A stretch of DNA of 56,439 nt, taken from IMG/VR virus record IMGVR_UViG_3300034374_008412, positions 1 through 56,439 of that record; one strand, given 5' to 3'. Positions 47,001 to 55,279 of this stretch are shown here, piece after piece (position 1 is the stretch's first letter; each line of letters starts with the position of its first letter). Below the pieces are notes generated by a model. That model saw only the letters and a program-made list of their open reading frames with translations. It searched no databases and had not been told where the DNA came from. The DNA comes from a virus (lineage: Duplodnaviria; Caudoviricetes). The position numbers and the translations under genes are program-made.

Positions 47001-48918
47001 CATCAACTACCAAATAATCCCATCCTATTTCATCAAAGAATACTTCTGTTTCAGATTGTGCTAATCCTACAAATTCAGCAGTCTTTTGTGCAATTCTTGA
47101 CTTTTCTCTTTCCCCTCTTTTATCAAGGTTTTCTTCATCCATTCCTTGCTCAATAATCCCCTCGTATCTTTTATAAAGTTTTTTACCCGTTTCATTGTCT
47201 TTAAACCCTAAAATACCTAAAGCACTTGCACTAATTATTGTAATTGAATTATCTTCTACTTCCTTTGCAAGTTCTGAATAAATACTTCTTAAATTGTATA
47301 AACCATTTACCTTGTATTGTGGTAAAAGCATTTTTATTTCTTGTAAGAATTGAGGATAAACAGAATTAGGAACAATTATTAAAGGTCTTTTACATAACCC
47401 CATATCTAAATTTTGACCTATTGTAAATATGGAACAAAATGTTTTACCCATACCTACACCATAAGCTAAACAAGAAGAACCCGTTAGCATATTAAAACCT
47501 AATGCTCTACGTTTTTCGGGTCTTATGTCCATTGTACCAACCCCTACATTCTTAACGAATTGAAATAAAATAGGAACTCTGTTTACATCAAAGTTTAATA
47601 ATCCGTTGTATTGTTGATTCCATACATTTTCAATACCTATTCTATCTACTTCCTGCAAACCTTTTTCAAGGAATAAAGCAAACAATTCATTTCCTATATC
47701 TTTTATCTCTTGCAATTTAACATACCAAGAATCTTTAATGATTGTTTCTTTACCCACACCCGATAAATAATTTTCGGGAATAGCCTTTTTATTATTTGCA
47801 TTGTATTTACCATTAACAAAGAATTTCATTACTAAATCGTAATTAACCCCCGATGGATATATAATATTATAATCTGATGCAGTATATTGAGAAAAGTCTG
47901 TGTACCAAAAAATAAAGGCTTCCTTTAATGTAAGTTTATAATCTCCAAAATAAGCATTACGACCATTTCTTGATTCGGGAACATATCCTTTCGCAGTTTC
48001 ATTAACTTTCCATTCTATTTTACCATCATCTTTTCTTATCCAAGAAGTCCAAGACCTATCAAAAGATTTTTCGTCTATTGGAACACAAGGAGAAACTTTG
48101 AAATCTTCTGCAAACTTACCATCTATTCTTATAAAAATTCTTTTTGACTTATCTGCTCCTGCAAGTGTAAGTTTATTATCATTTACTTTTGATAAAGCAT
48201 CTTTAATTGCGTTTAGATGATTTTCATAAACATCTTCCCCAAAGTTACTTACATAAAAATCTTTATCTTTTACTAATGCTTGATTTTTCTTTCTAATATT
48301 ACCACTTGCATAGTAGAATGTAGGCTTATATCTCCTACGTTCTTCATTTTCGGTATTATCAAAACATAGAACACCCTTCTTCATTAACATTTTAATATTT
48401 GAAGGATTATCTTGAATATCGTATTTTTGAAAACCACCTTGTATTGGCTTACCCGTAAATCTTTTTATATAAAGAACGTATGCTTGTTTTTCGGCTTCTG
48501 TAATAGCTTTTGAGATGAGGTTTCCATCTTTATCGTACCTTGCACCATTATATTCTTCATCTACTTCATCATACGACCAAATATTTTCGGAAGGAGAAAA
48601 ATCGGGAGAAAGTTTTGTTTCTCTTTTTTTGTCAATCCTTTTCTTTGATTTAGTTAAAGCAGTATCAATGTTTGCTACTTCACTTGGAGTTGCGTTTGTT
48701 TCATTTATAACAACCTTTTCAGTAGATACTAAAGGGTCTTCATTTGAAACTTGCATATAATCGGGAATATCTAAAGAAAACAACTTTTCTTTATCTCCAA
48801 TAATAGTTGTGTAAACTTTATCTTTATCGTATTTAGTACCCTTATGTGTTTTTACTTCTCCTAATATTTTATCGGGGTTATCTATAAACCACCTTGCGAA
48901 TTTGTCTAAATTTTCCAT
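44098..48918 (-). CDS. DarB-like SF2/SNF2 helicase
   Basis: YGVGMGKT, LVVDEAHNYKN, LLTATPFTNTPLEIY, KEGVNLQ, WNPTDMTQLEGRIWRQKN. Confidence 0.85.
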   Translation of the reverse strand: MENLDKFARWFIDNPDKILGEVKTHKGTKYDKDKVYTTIIGDKEKLFSLDIPDYMQVSNEDPLVSTEKVVINETNATPSEVANIDTALTKSKKRIDKKRETKLSPDFSPSENIWSYDEVDEEYNGARYDKDGNLISKAITEAEKQAYVLYIKRFTGKPIQGGFQKYDIQDNPSNIKMLMKKGVLCFDNTENEERRRYKPTFYYASGNIRKKNQALVKDKDFYVSNFGEDVYENHLNAIKDALSKVNDNKLTLAGADKSKRIFIRIDGKFAEDFKVSPCVPIDEKSFDRSWTSWIRKDDGKIEWKVNETAKGYVPESRNGRNAYFGDYKLTLKEAFIFWYTDFSQYTASDYNIIYPSGVNYDLVMKFFVNGKYNANNKKAIPENYLSGVGKETIIKDSWYVKLQEIKDIGNELFALFLEKGLQEVDRIGIENVWNQQYNGLLNFDVNRVPILFQFVKNVGVGTMDIRPEKRRALGFNMLTGSSCLAYGVGMGKTFCSIFTIGQNLDMGLCKRPLIIVPNSVYPQFLQEIKMLLPQYKVNGLYNLRSIYSELAKEVEDNSITIISASALGILGFKDNETGKKLYKRYEGIIEQGMDEENLDKRGEREKSRIAQKTAEFVGLAQSETEVFFDEIGWDYLVVDEAHNYKNLFASVKARINEETGKREKSSGYTITGSVSIEAIKLFSIAQYVQMKSPNGNCLLLTATPFTNTPLEIYAMLSLVRYDFLKANGFGSMADFFDFFADIGTISAVTTTLQPINKQVVKGFRNVVAMQGLIYSLIDKPTKEEEASKVRRPNKVVLPLWDKRIGEENIKVSDSNQVTTLLKMSGEQQELWQRLESYGEGKMTYEQLSDQEYWNNTKCGSIKAMLKKAQKDAEEGNRADYNAGGIRSVFALTYGRTIALSPYFYRFAPYDKDPTPAEFVQSSPKIEYAIECIKSVKEHHEKTKTPMSGQVIFMTKGTNCFNLITDYCVEYLGLKEHEVGIIASENFIGKKKQKGKDAVQDAFLGRRLDITDPKNPKYVSIPDEDRIKVLVGSNSIKEGVNLQFYSTCLYVCEVDWNPTDMTQLEGRIWRQKNAFANVRIVIPLLENSLDAFIYSKLQEKTGRINQIWERDGKNEFDLDDFDPEEMTRQVSRNPKQIADLIKKEKVKEITEKLTEQTTEYNGMREVRKISGNIIDKYNDLKNYNNRYRTSNPLQAVWNFLNFFRPSLIDKPLVRDEDLLFRPTSLQEGRQLRVNPDALNYSFEDLTELMNVFRKDAIIEYPRGYKTGWKEEKNKPLPKFEVGEKVKFSTRRGDKEGVILEVLNPSASAEMRSYDIDLGGDNVAEDITLNENNMESLDNPIVVLDNFDLSGKELKLGSKKSIEELRDVFDWAESLRYNLDTDYKSLNFFGKDYYETPFKPLLSFWNKEKVIESFNSFAKVKDYFTDEYLKGNYYGLEWSRWVRENDEYWKKYLIPLGIKNEDQLTEKLTKFREDIALLTDKLKSIDGKEYEEELIKEAEIEIKEREQLGDKPLSPLEASILFAKPNPDYLGNELLDIFDEKYLEEKTGKKVVKEQKKEIKEQKEEVKELSIFDKKLKLLNLMVMTAEGEQKSLIEKKIKLLNLMKMAS

Positions 48919-48919
48919 T

Positions 48920-49156
48920 TTAATCTACTAATCTATTTGGGTCTAAAATTTGTTCTTTTAAATTTACTGCTTGGTCTATTGTATCTCCCAATGCCATTCT
49001 TTGTAAAATGAATTGCTCTAATTCCTTATATCCTTTTTCAGTAGATGCTAACTTACATACATAAAAAGAATCGTTTTCATTACAAAATTCATCAATGAAG
49101 GCTTTAATAGTTCTTTTTGCCTCATTAATAATGTACTTTTTATTATCTATATTCAT
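48920..49156 (-). CDS. Small hypothetical protein
   Basis: Between MTase and helicase genes. Confidence 0.65.
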   Translation of the reverse strand: MNIDNKKYIINEAKRTIKAFIDEFCNENDSFYVCKLASTEKGYKELEQFILQRMALGDTIDQAVNLKEQILDPNRLVD

Positions 49157-49160
49157 AACC

Positions 49161-51269
49161 TTATTTTTTTCTTAAAACAATTATATCGGCATCAACACTT
49201 GTAAATTCAAACATTGAATTACCTAATCTATAAGCATCAACTAAATCAGATTTAGCCAATATTCTACTTTTAGATGGTGTCATTTTCTTTTCTAAAAAAG
49301 GAACTCCACCTAAAGCATTAACACTACCAATTACAAATACTAATAATCCATTTGGAACTAATAAGTCTAATCCTCTTTGAATAAAGTAATCAATGAAATC
49401 ATCTGCCTTTGTATGTTTTTTTTCTGATTTACTTCCACCCATTACTGCATACTTACCTTTATATTCTCCGTATGGTGGGTTTCCTATAACTAAATCATAC
49501 ATAGGTGTAACATTATCTTTAACCGATTTATAGTTATTTATAAATAACTTTTCAAATGAATCGTGATAGAAATTAAATCTATCTTCAGTATATAGAATTT
49601 TGTTTATCATATAACAATACTTGTTAATATCATAACCATCTATATTTACATTTAAAGGTGCTTGGCTAATAAATGCTCCTGCTCCCATTGAAGGTTCAAG
49701 TACGTTTTTAATACTTAAATTTCCACTATGTTTATAAGCTAATCCCCACATAATTTGACAAAGTTTTGCAGGAGTAAAAAATTCGTAAAGCAATCCATAA
49801 TCAAAATCAACCCCTTCGCCTACATCCCTTCTTTTTGCACCATACTTCTCCATTCCACCTATTCCCGTATATTCAGAAATAAACTTCTTTTCTATTACAG
49901 AATAGTTATTTGGGTCTTCGCCTTTTTCATCAAGCATATTTTCTATTGCTTCTGCTTTTTCAAAAGGGTTTTTAAAAGAATTTTCTTCTATTAGTTTTTG
50001 CCAATCTGTTTTCATTAAAGTTGGCACTACCATTCCTTTTTCTGCTTCATATCTTTTGATAGGTGGTTGAACTCCTTGTGGATATTCTTTTTCTAATATT
50101 TCATTAATAGTTTTATACTTCCAATAGAAATCAAGTTGGGGTTTATTTAATGGACTTAAATCATTATCAATTAAATACTCTTTTGGAATATAGCCAAACT
50201 CTGCCATCTGCCAATCTCCATTTAAAACTACAAAACCATAAAATTCATTTGCTCTATCCCATTCTGTTATATACCAATCTGTACCACCAACAAAGTAATG
50301 TAAATAACATACTGCATTTTTACCTTTACCATCCTGCTTGTATAATTTTGGAATTTCTTGATATGCGTTTACAACATTTATAAGCATATCTCTTACTTCT
50401 ATTGGGTCTGCTCCACCATCTTCTTCTAACTCCATTAAATAAGCAACTTGTTGTTTTGGTACAAGTTCTTTTCTTGCATCCATCCACAACTTTACTTTAT
50501 CTTCAACACTTCCACCAAACTCCATTTTACGAGTTTTAATATCTGCATATTCAGTTAAAGGAAAAGACCTTAAATAATGTAATAATTCTCTTATAGGTAA
50601 ATCAATACGCAAGGCTTTAATTTCCTTATCGTTCATTTCTGCCCACTTCCATCTATGATGTCCATCTAAAACATAATCATCGGAAGAAACAATTAAATGC
50701 TTACTATTAACTAAATCTTCCGTAATCATATTAACCCTATCCATATTAATTTCTTTTTGGGTAGGTTTAAGGTTTTTTGCTTCTATAATAGAATAACCAT
50801 AGCTAATATTATCTTCTTTTAATGTATCTAAAAAATCATCTAAATAATGACTTCTAACTTGTGGCATTTCGTGTCTATATAAGCCTAAAGAATTATCGTG
50901 ATAAATAATTGTAGGTATCTTAACTCCATTTTTAGCAAACAAATCTATTCTTTGTTGTTTTTGCCAACCTTCGTAATCAATTTCATCACTAACTGAACCA
51001 CCTTTAGCGTATTTATATTTTTTACCCTCAACTGAATCACAATCTAATGTAACTCCATTATTATTTTTACTATTCAAATCAGAAAGTATTTCGCAAGTCG
51101 TTTTTTGTTCTCCCTCAAATTCATATTTAGTAGGGTCTGCAACATTAGTTTTATTGACAATAACTTCTCCACCTTCAAACTCTATTCTTTGACCCGTGCT
51201 TTTGACTTTAGCTTTTATTCCACCTTCTGCGTGGCTTTTACCTTTTGCTAATCCACCTTTTGCGTTCAT
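49161..51269 (-). CDS. Polyvalent protein: GxSHxxGG domain + ParB-like + DUF2958-like + N6-adenine methyltransferase
   Basis: GKSHAEGGI...EFEGGE; LKPTQ...VLDGHHRW; HYFVGGTDWYITEWD; EFFTP, VLEPSMGAG, VIGNPPY. Confidence 0.8.
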   Translation of the reverse strand: MNAKGGLAKGKSHAEGGIKAKVKSTGQRIEFEGGEVIVNKTNVADPTKYEFEGEQKTTCEILSDLNSKNNNGVTLDCDSVEGKKYKYAKGGSVSDEIDYEGWQKQQRIDLFAKNGVKIPTIIYHDNSLGLYRHEMPQVRSHYLDDFLDTLKEDNISYGYSIIEAKNLKPTQKEINMDRVNMITEDLVNSKHLIVSSDDYVLDGHHRWKWAEMNDKEIKALRIDLPIRELLHYLRSFPLTEYADIKTRKMEFGGSVEDKVKLWMDARKELVPKQQVAYLMELEEDGGADPIEVRDMLINVVNAYQEIPKLYKQDGKGKNAVCYLHYFVGGTDWYITEWDRANEFYGFVVLNGDWQMAEFGYIPKEYLIDNDLSPLNKPQLDFYWKYKTINEILEKEYPQGVQPPIKRYEAEKGMVVPTLMKTDWQKLIEENSFKNPFEKAEAIENMLDEKGEDPNNYSVIEKKFISEYTGIGGMEKYGAKRRDVGEGVDFDYGLLYEFFTPAKLCQIMWGLAYKHSGNLSIKNVLEPSMGAGAFISQAPLNVNIDGYDINKYCYMINKILYTEDRFNFYHDSFEKLFINNYKSVKDNVTPMYDLVIGNPPYGEYKGKYAVMGGSKSEKKHTKADDFIDYFIQRGLDLLVPNGLLVFVIGSVNALGGVPFLEKKMTPSKSRILAKSDLVDAYRLGNSMFEFTSVDADIIVLRKK

Positions 51270-51312
51270 ATATTAAAATGTTATTCTTACTAATAATTCG
51301 ATAAATATACGC

Positions 51313-51341
51313 AAAAAAGTCGGATAATGATACCCGACTTC
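51313..51341 (-). terminator. Intrinsic terminator
   Basis: AAGTCGG...CCGACTT with A-run. Confidence 0.55.
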
Positions 51342-51390
51342 TTCACGTTCAATAACTTACGTTATCTTTAAAAATAAATAATTATTTTAG

Positions 51391-51624
51391 TTAATAACAT
51401 TCCTCTTTTAAGAATGTTTCTTTATCAACTATATCATTTGGTGTGAGATTCAATGCCATACATATCTTTAGTAACGTAAAAACAGAATAGTTATTTACCT
51501 TTCCATTTACTATCATACTAATCCTATCCTTACCAATAGGTGTTTTGCATTTATCTATAATTAACCTATGCAGTTCTGCTTGACTAATTCCTTTTTCTAT
51601 TAATATTGCTTTTAGTTTATTCAT
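51391..51624 (-). CDS. XRE/Cro-C1 HTH transcriptional regulator
   Basis: NKLKAILIEKGISQAEL...ISMIVNGK...TLLKICMALNLTPNDI. Confidence 0.85.
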   Translation of the reverse strand: MNKLKAILIEKGISQAELHRLIIDKCKTPIGKDRISMIVNGKVNNYSVFTLLKICMALNLTPNDIVDKETFLKEECY

Positions 51625-52363
51625 TTTCCTCTACTTTAATTAAATCTTCGTATTTCAATCCTGCATCTGATAAAATTTCTTCTATCGTTACAAAATCACT
51701 CTCAAAAGAATCTGTTTCTCCATTATAAGCATAGCACGTTTTTGGAACTCCTATTTCACGTTGAACGAATTTAATTCCGTTTTCAGTAATACCATACCAA
51801 CCATCTTTATAAACAACCTTATCGGGTCTTGTAGGCATCCTTGAAAGCAAGTCCCAATGGTGCAACAATTCAAAGTTTTCAAATAGTTCTCCGTATTCTT
51901 CTATATTTCCTGCAAAAAAATCTTCCTTTGTATAATATTTACTTTCATCTGCATCGGGATTATGTCTATAAAATTTAACTATCTCAATTAAAGAAATACA
52001 CATTTGAAGGTTTAATTCAAGTGTATTTAAAATAGCTTTATTTCCACAACACCTACAAGTTGTACCATTTTTAGCAAAGTCCTTAATTCTTTGTGCTTCT
52101 TTTGAAGTTTTTGTTTCTTCATCATCTATTATTATAGATAACGAAGAAATTGTTTGATTACAAGCATCGCATTGAGCAATTCCACTTTTATTTATTTCTC
52201 TTGTTAATCTCTCACGTTCTGATTTTAAAGTTCTATTTGAACCTTTTAACTTTGATAGTCCTAATCTTTCAAATTCTGTTGAATTTTCAACTATTGCATC
52301 TTGCATTTTTTTTACATCTCTGTAATCCTCTGTTTTTACTTCTTTTTTATTAGAGTTTTCCAT
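51617..52363 (-). CDS. Hypothetical protein with Cys motifs
   Basis: CDAC, CRCC; GWYGITENG resembles a wHTH wing. Confidence 0.65.
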   Translation of the reverse strand: MENSNKKEVKTEDYRDVKKMQDAIVENSTEFERLGLSKLKGSNRTLKSERERLTREINKSGIAQCDACNQTISSLSIIIDDEETKTSKEAQRIKDFAKNGTTCRCCGNKAILNTLELNLQMCISLIEIVKFYRHNPDADESKYYTKEDFFAGNIEEYGELFENFELLHHWDLLSRMPTRPDKVVYKDGWYGITENGIKFVQREIGVPKTCYAYNGETDSFESDFVTIEEILSDAGLKYEDLIKVEENE

Positions 52364-52380
52364 AATTAATTATTTATTGT

Positions 52381-52716
52381 TTAACCTTTAACCTTCCATC
52401 CACAAGCTAACTCTATTATCTTGTAGATTATTCTATTCAAATACTTTTCTCTTTCTCCTGCTAATTGAAAACCTATCCTTCTCCAACTAAAATAATGGTA
52501 GGTTTCATTTACCATAAGTATATATTCTATCCTAACAGATTTACAAAAGTTAAGGAAGACATAATTAGTGTCATAGGTATATGAAGTAGTTTCATTCATT
52601 TCATTATCAGTAATAACAAAATAAGTTCCCATATTAACTATTGTGTACCTTTTAGAAACCTTTTCAAATATGTTTCTAACTTGACCTTGACTTATTATCT
52701 TAACTCTGCTTTGCAT
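52381..52716 (-). CDS. Hypothetical protein
   Basis: ATG 52716 (MQSRVKI) preferred; the longer track ORF runs into the promoter region. Confidence 0.55.
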   Translation of the reverse strand: MQSRVKIISQGQVRNIFEKVSKRYTIVNMGTYFVITDNEMNETTSYTYDTNYVFLNFCKSVRIEYILMVNETYHYFSWRRIGFQLAGEREKYLNRIIYKIIELACGWKVKG

Positions 52717-52828
52717 ATTTGGTTTGAAATATAATTCTGCTAATTTAATTATTTTTATCAATAACAACCAACTTTTAAACCTAATACTATTCAGATATAA
52801 TTTTTTTTGAAAATATTTTGAAAATAAT

Positions 52829-52859
52829 TTTGTTATTTTCAAAAATAATATTAATTTAG
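52829..52859 (+). promoter_or_regulatory. Promoter with palindromic operator (variant)
   Basis: TTTG 52829-52832, GTTATT-N6-AATAAT, TAATTTAG after a 19-nt spacer. Confidence 0.65.
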
Positions 52860-52947
52860 CTATGCGTTTGGGGGTTGAGGGGTTTGAGAGTTCATTGACA
52901 TCGTGGAAAAATTGTTAGTTTAAATAAAAATCAAAAAAAAATCAGTT

Positions 52948-53211
52948 ATGAAAAATTTAATCGAATTATGGATGAAGTATTGTTGGAACTATAAATCTGT
53001 TCATCACGAGTTTAAATATAAAAAGGAGCAATATTGTTATGCTCCCGAATTGGTTGTTCACTTGGGCGACCACTTCGTTGAAAAGTGGAACAACAAAGCA
53101 AGTCAAGAAGGAATGAACGGAACTTGGGCATTACTTTGGTTGTGGCACGAATTAGATTATCAGAATCAAGATAAAGCAGTAAAATGGTTAGAAGAAAATT
53201 ATAAAGGTTAA
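52948..53211 (+). CDS. Hypothetical early protein
   Basis: AATCAGTTATG start context. Confidence 0.75.
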   Translation: MKNLIELWMKYCWNYKSVHHEFKYKKEQYCYAPELVVHLGDHFVEKWNNKASQEGMNGTWALLWLWHELDYQNQDKAVKWLEENYKG

Positions 53212-53215
53212 TCAT

Positions 53216-53248
53216 CGGGGGGTTATCCCCCCACAAATTTTAAATCAA
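53216..53248 (+). repeat. Intergenic G6/C6 hairpin element, copy 1
   Basis: CGGGGGGTTATCCCCCCAC...TTTTAAATCAAAT. Confidence 0.75.
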
Positions 53249-53782
53249 ATGAAAAAGCAAAGCAGAAAAATAGGGGTTGCAGGTGGTTTTATCAATCAAT
53301 TAATGGGTAACAATGCAACTGAACCAAAAGTAGGAGAAGGAGCAACAATCCTTCATTATAGCGACAGAGAACCTTATGAGGTTATAGAAGTTAGCGAAGA
53401 TGGTAATAAATGTGTTATTAGAACAATGGGTTACAAGTTCATCGGACAATGTTACGGAGATGAAAAATATGAATATTTCAGCGACCCCGATGGATATACT
53501 ACAACTTTGGAATGGAACGAAAAGAAAGGTTGTTGGGGAATGGTAAATTATAGTATTGAGATTATCAAAAAACTTAAAAATGACTTATGGAAAGAGTTTG
53601 GTTTTGATTGGAGTGATAATCTTCCTAATGGAATTAAGTACAAAGACCTTATAGATGGAGAACCAAAAGGTATGTACACAAAGTTGAAGTTGGTTAAAGG
53701 AGTTACAAAGGAATATAAGAACTTCAATAAGGTTAGTATAATTTTCGGGGTTGCCGAAAAATATTACGACCCACACTTTTAA
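53249..53782 (+). CDS. Hypothetical early protein
   Basis: PKVGEGAT...SDREPYEVI...EKYYDPHF. Confidence 0.75.
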   Translation: MKKQSRKIGVAGGFINQLMGNNATEPKVGEGATILHYSDREPYEVIEVSEDGNKCVIRTMGYKFIGQCYGDEKYEYFSDPDGYTTTLEWNEKKGCWGMVNYSIEIIKKLKNDLWKEFGFDWSDNLPNGIKYKDLIDGEPKGMYTKLKLVKGVTKEYKNFNKVSIIFGVAEKYYDPHF

Positions 53783-53790
53783 ATTATTAA

Positions 53791-53823
53791 CGGGGGGTTT
53801 ATCCCCCCACTTTTAAATCAAAT
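53791..53823 (+). repeat. Intergenic G6/C6 hairpin element, copy 2
   Basis: CGGGGGGTTTATCCCCCCACTTTTAAATCAAAT. Confidence 0.75.
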
Positions 53824-53826
53824 ATT

Positions 53827-54009
53827 ATGATATACATAAATATAAAAAATCAATACGGAGTTGAAACAATTGATGAATTAGATAGAAAAGATTACACTAC
53901 ATATAGAGAGTATGTAAAAGCATTAAAAAAATTAATTAAAGACTATCAAGATGCAGGAATGAATGCTTATAGTAGCCAAAGAGCAACAAGTGATTACAGA
54001 AATAGATAA
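53827..54009 (+). CDS. Small hypothetical protein
   Basis: 60-aa ORF after the repeat. Confidence 0.65.
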   Translation: MIYINIKNQYGVETIDELDRKDYTTYREYVKALKKLIKDYQDAGMNAYSSQRATSDYRNR

Positions 54010-54019
54010 ATCAAATGAT

Positions 54020-54553
54020 ATGTTAGCAGAAACTAAACAGACAACAGAATTAGGTAAAAGTTATTGGAGCAATAACGGAGTTTACCAAAAGCAATACGAT
54101 GAATTGTATGAGCAACTTGTTCCTTCAAGTGGAGAGTCAGATACGATTCACGGAGAAATGATAAGAGCAGTATCAAGACTTTATTATGATTTCTGTAATA
54201 ATGGTAATTGTAATGTAATAGAAATTGAACGAGATACTTGCCAAGAATGTGGTGGTAGTGGTTATGTAGATAATGATGATGAAGATGGCATAGAAGATTG
54301 TTATTGGTGTGAAGGTCAAGGTACAGAAGAAGGAGATATTGTTATAGATGAATATTATAAAGAAATGATAGACTTCTTAGAAAACAATATGGAAAACACA
54401 AAGAGCCTTGATGTCCTAATAGATTTTTTAGAAGATAAGTCTTTAGGCTATGGTAAATATAGCTTTGATGATAAGCAAATGAAAATCTATAATGATTTAG
54501 TGGATGCAGTAATGTATCAAGTTATAAATAGTGAAAATCAAAAAATAGTTTAG
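54020..54553 (+). CDS. Hypothetical protein with DnaJ-type zinc finger insert
   Basis: CQECGGSG, CYWCEGQG; GEMIRAVSRLYYDFCNNG. Confidence 0.7.
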   Translation: MLAETKQTTELGKSYWSNNGVYQKQYDELYEQLVPSSGESDTIHGEMIRAVSRLYYDFCNNGNCNVIEIERDTCQECGGSGYVDNDDEDGIEDCYWCEGQGTEEGDIVIDEYYKEMIDFLENNMENTKSLDVLIDFLEDKSLGYGKYSFDDKQMKIYNDLVDAVMYQVINSENQKIV

Positions 54554-54555
54554 TT

Positions 54556-54798
54556 ATGAATATTAGAAGTGCAGAAGTTTTAGAAGGGTACAATCCCGAT
54601 ATGAAATTAATCGTGAACTATAAACCTAAAATGATGGTTAAAACTCACGGAGTAATTGGAACATACGAACAACTATTTGAAAGTATTGCAGAGATAATTA
54701 AAGATGCAGATTATGAAGATAGAAAATTGGCATCGGAAGGCATTAGAAACTTACAAGTAGATAAGATGGAAGTTGGAGATAAACTTATTTTTTACTAA
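54556..54798 (+). CDS. Hypothetical protein
   Basis: Operon ORF. Confidence 0.65.
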   Translation: MNIRSAEVLEGYNPDMKLIVNYKPKMMVKTHGVIGTYEQLFESIAEIIKDADYEDRKLASEGIRNLQVDKMEVGDKLIFY

Positions 54799-54882
54799 CA
54801 ATTATAAACACGATTTTGGGGGAGATAGTATCAAACCCATTTTTTTTATTTATTTTTGAAAATAATTAAATCAATAAGAATT

Positions 54883-55263
54883 ATGATTAATGGTTTTAAG
54901 GATTATACAGAAGAATTGAATAATGAGGAACGCAAAATGCTTCCCATTATCGCAAATGGCTTAAACACAAAGAAAGGTCAAGACAAAGCAGTAACGAATG
55001 AAAACATTATTGCAGGGATGCAAAAGATAGGACATAAAATAGGTTCTGCCCGTGTACGCAAAATTATTAATATCATTCGTAGATATGGATTAGTAAATTT
55101 TTTAATTGCATCGAGCAAAGGTTATCACGTTGCGACAAGCAGAGATGAAGTCGTTGAATATATTGATTCATTACGACAAAGAGAAAGTGCTATTCGTGAG
55201 GTGCGAGTAGCACTTGAAAATCAGTTAGCACAATACGATGAAAAATACGGAGATAATAATTAA
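54883..55263 (+). CDS. Winged-helix DNA-binding protein
   Basis: AVTNENI...SARVRKIINIIR...IASSKGYHVA; ATG 54883. Confidence 0.65.
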   Translation: MINGFKDYTEELNNEERKMLPIIANGLNTKKGQDKAVTNENIIAGMQKIGHKIGSARVRKIINIIRRYGLVNFLIASSKGYHVATSRDEVVEYIDSLRQRESAIREVRVALENQLAQYDEKYGDNN

Positions 55264-55279
55264 ATCAAATAAATAAATT

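Noticed and set aside
1347-53776. Many antisense ORFs in the track (e.g. 1347-1676, 17946-18326, 25382-25669, 41909-42548, 36940-37338, 53012-53236)
   Set aside because: They are shadows of well-supported genes on the opposite strand, with F/L/S-rich composition mirroring K/E-rich sense codons
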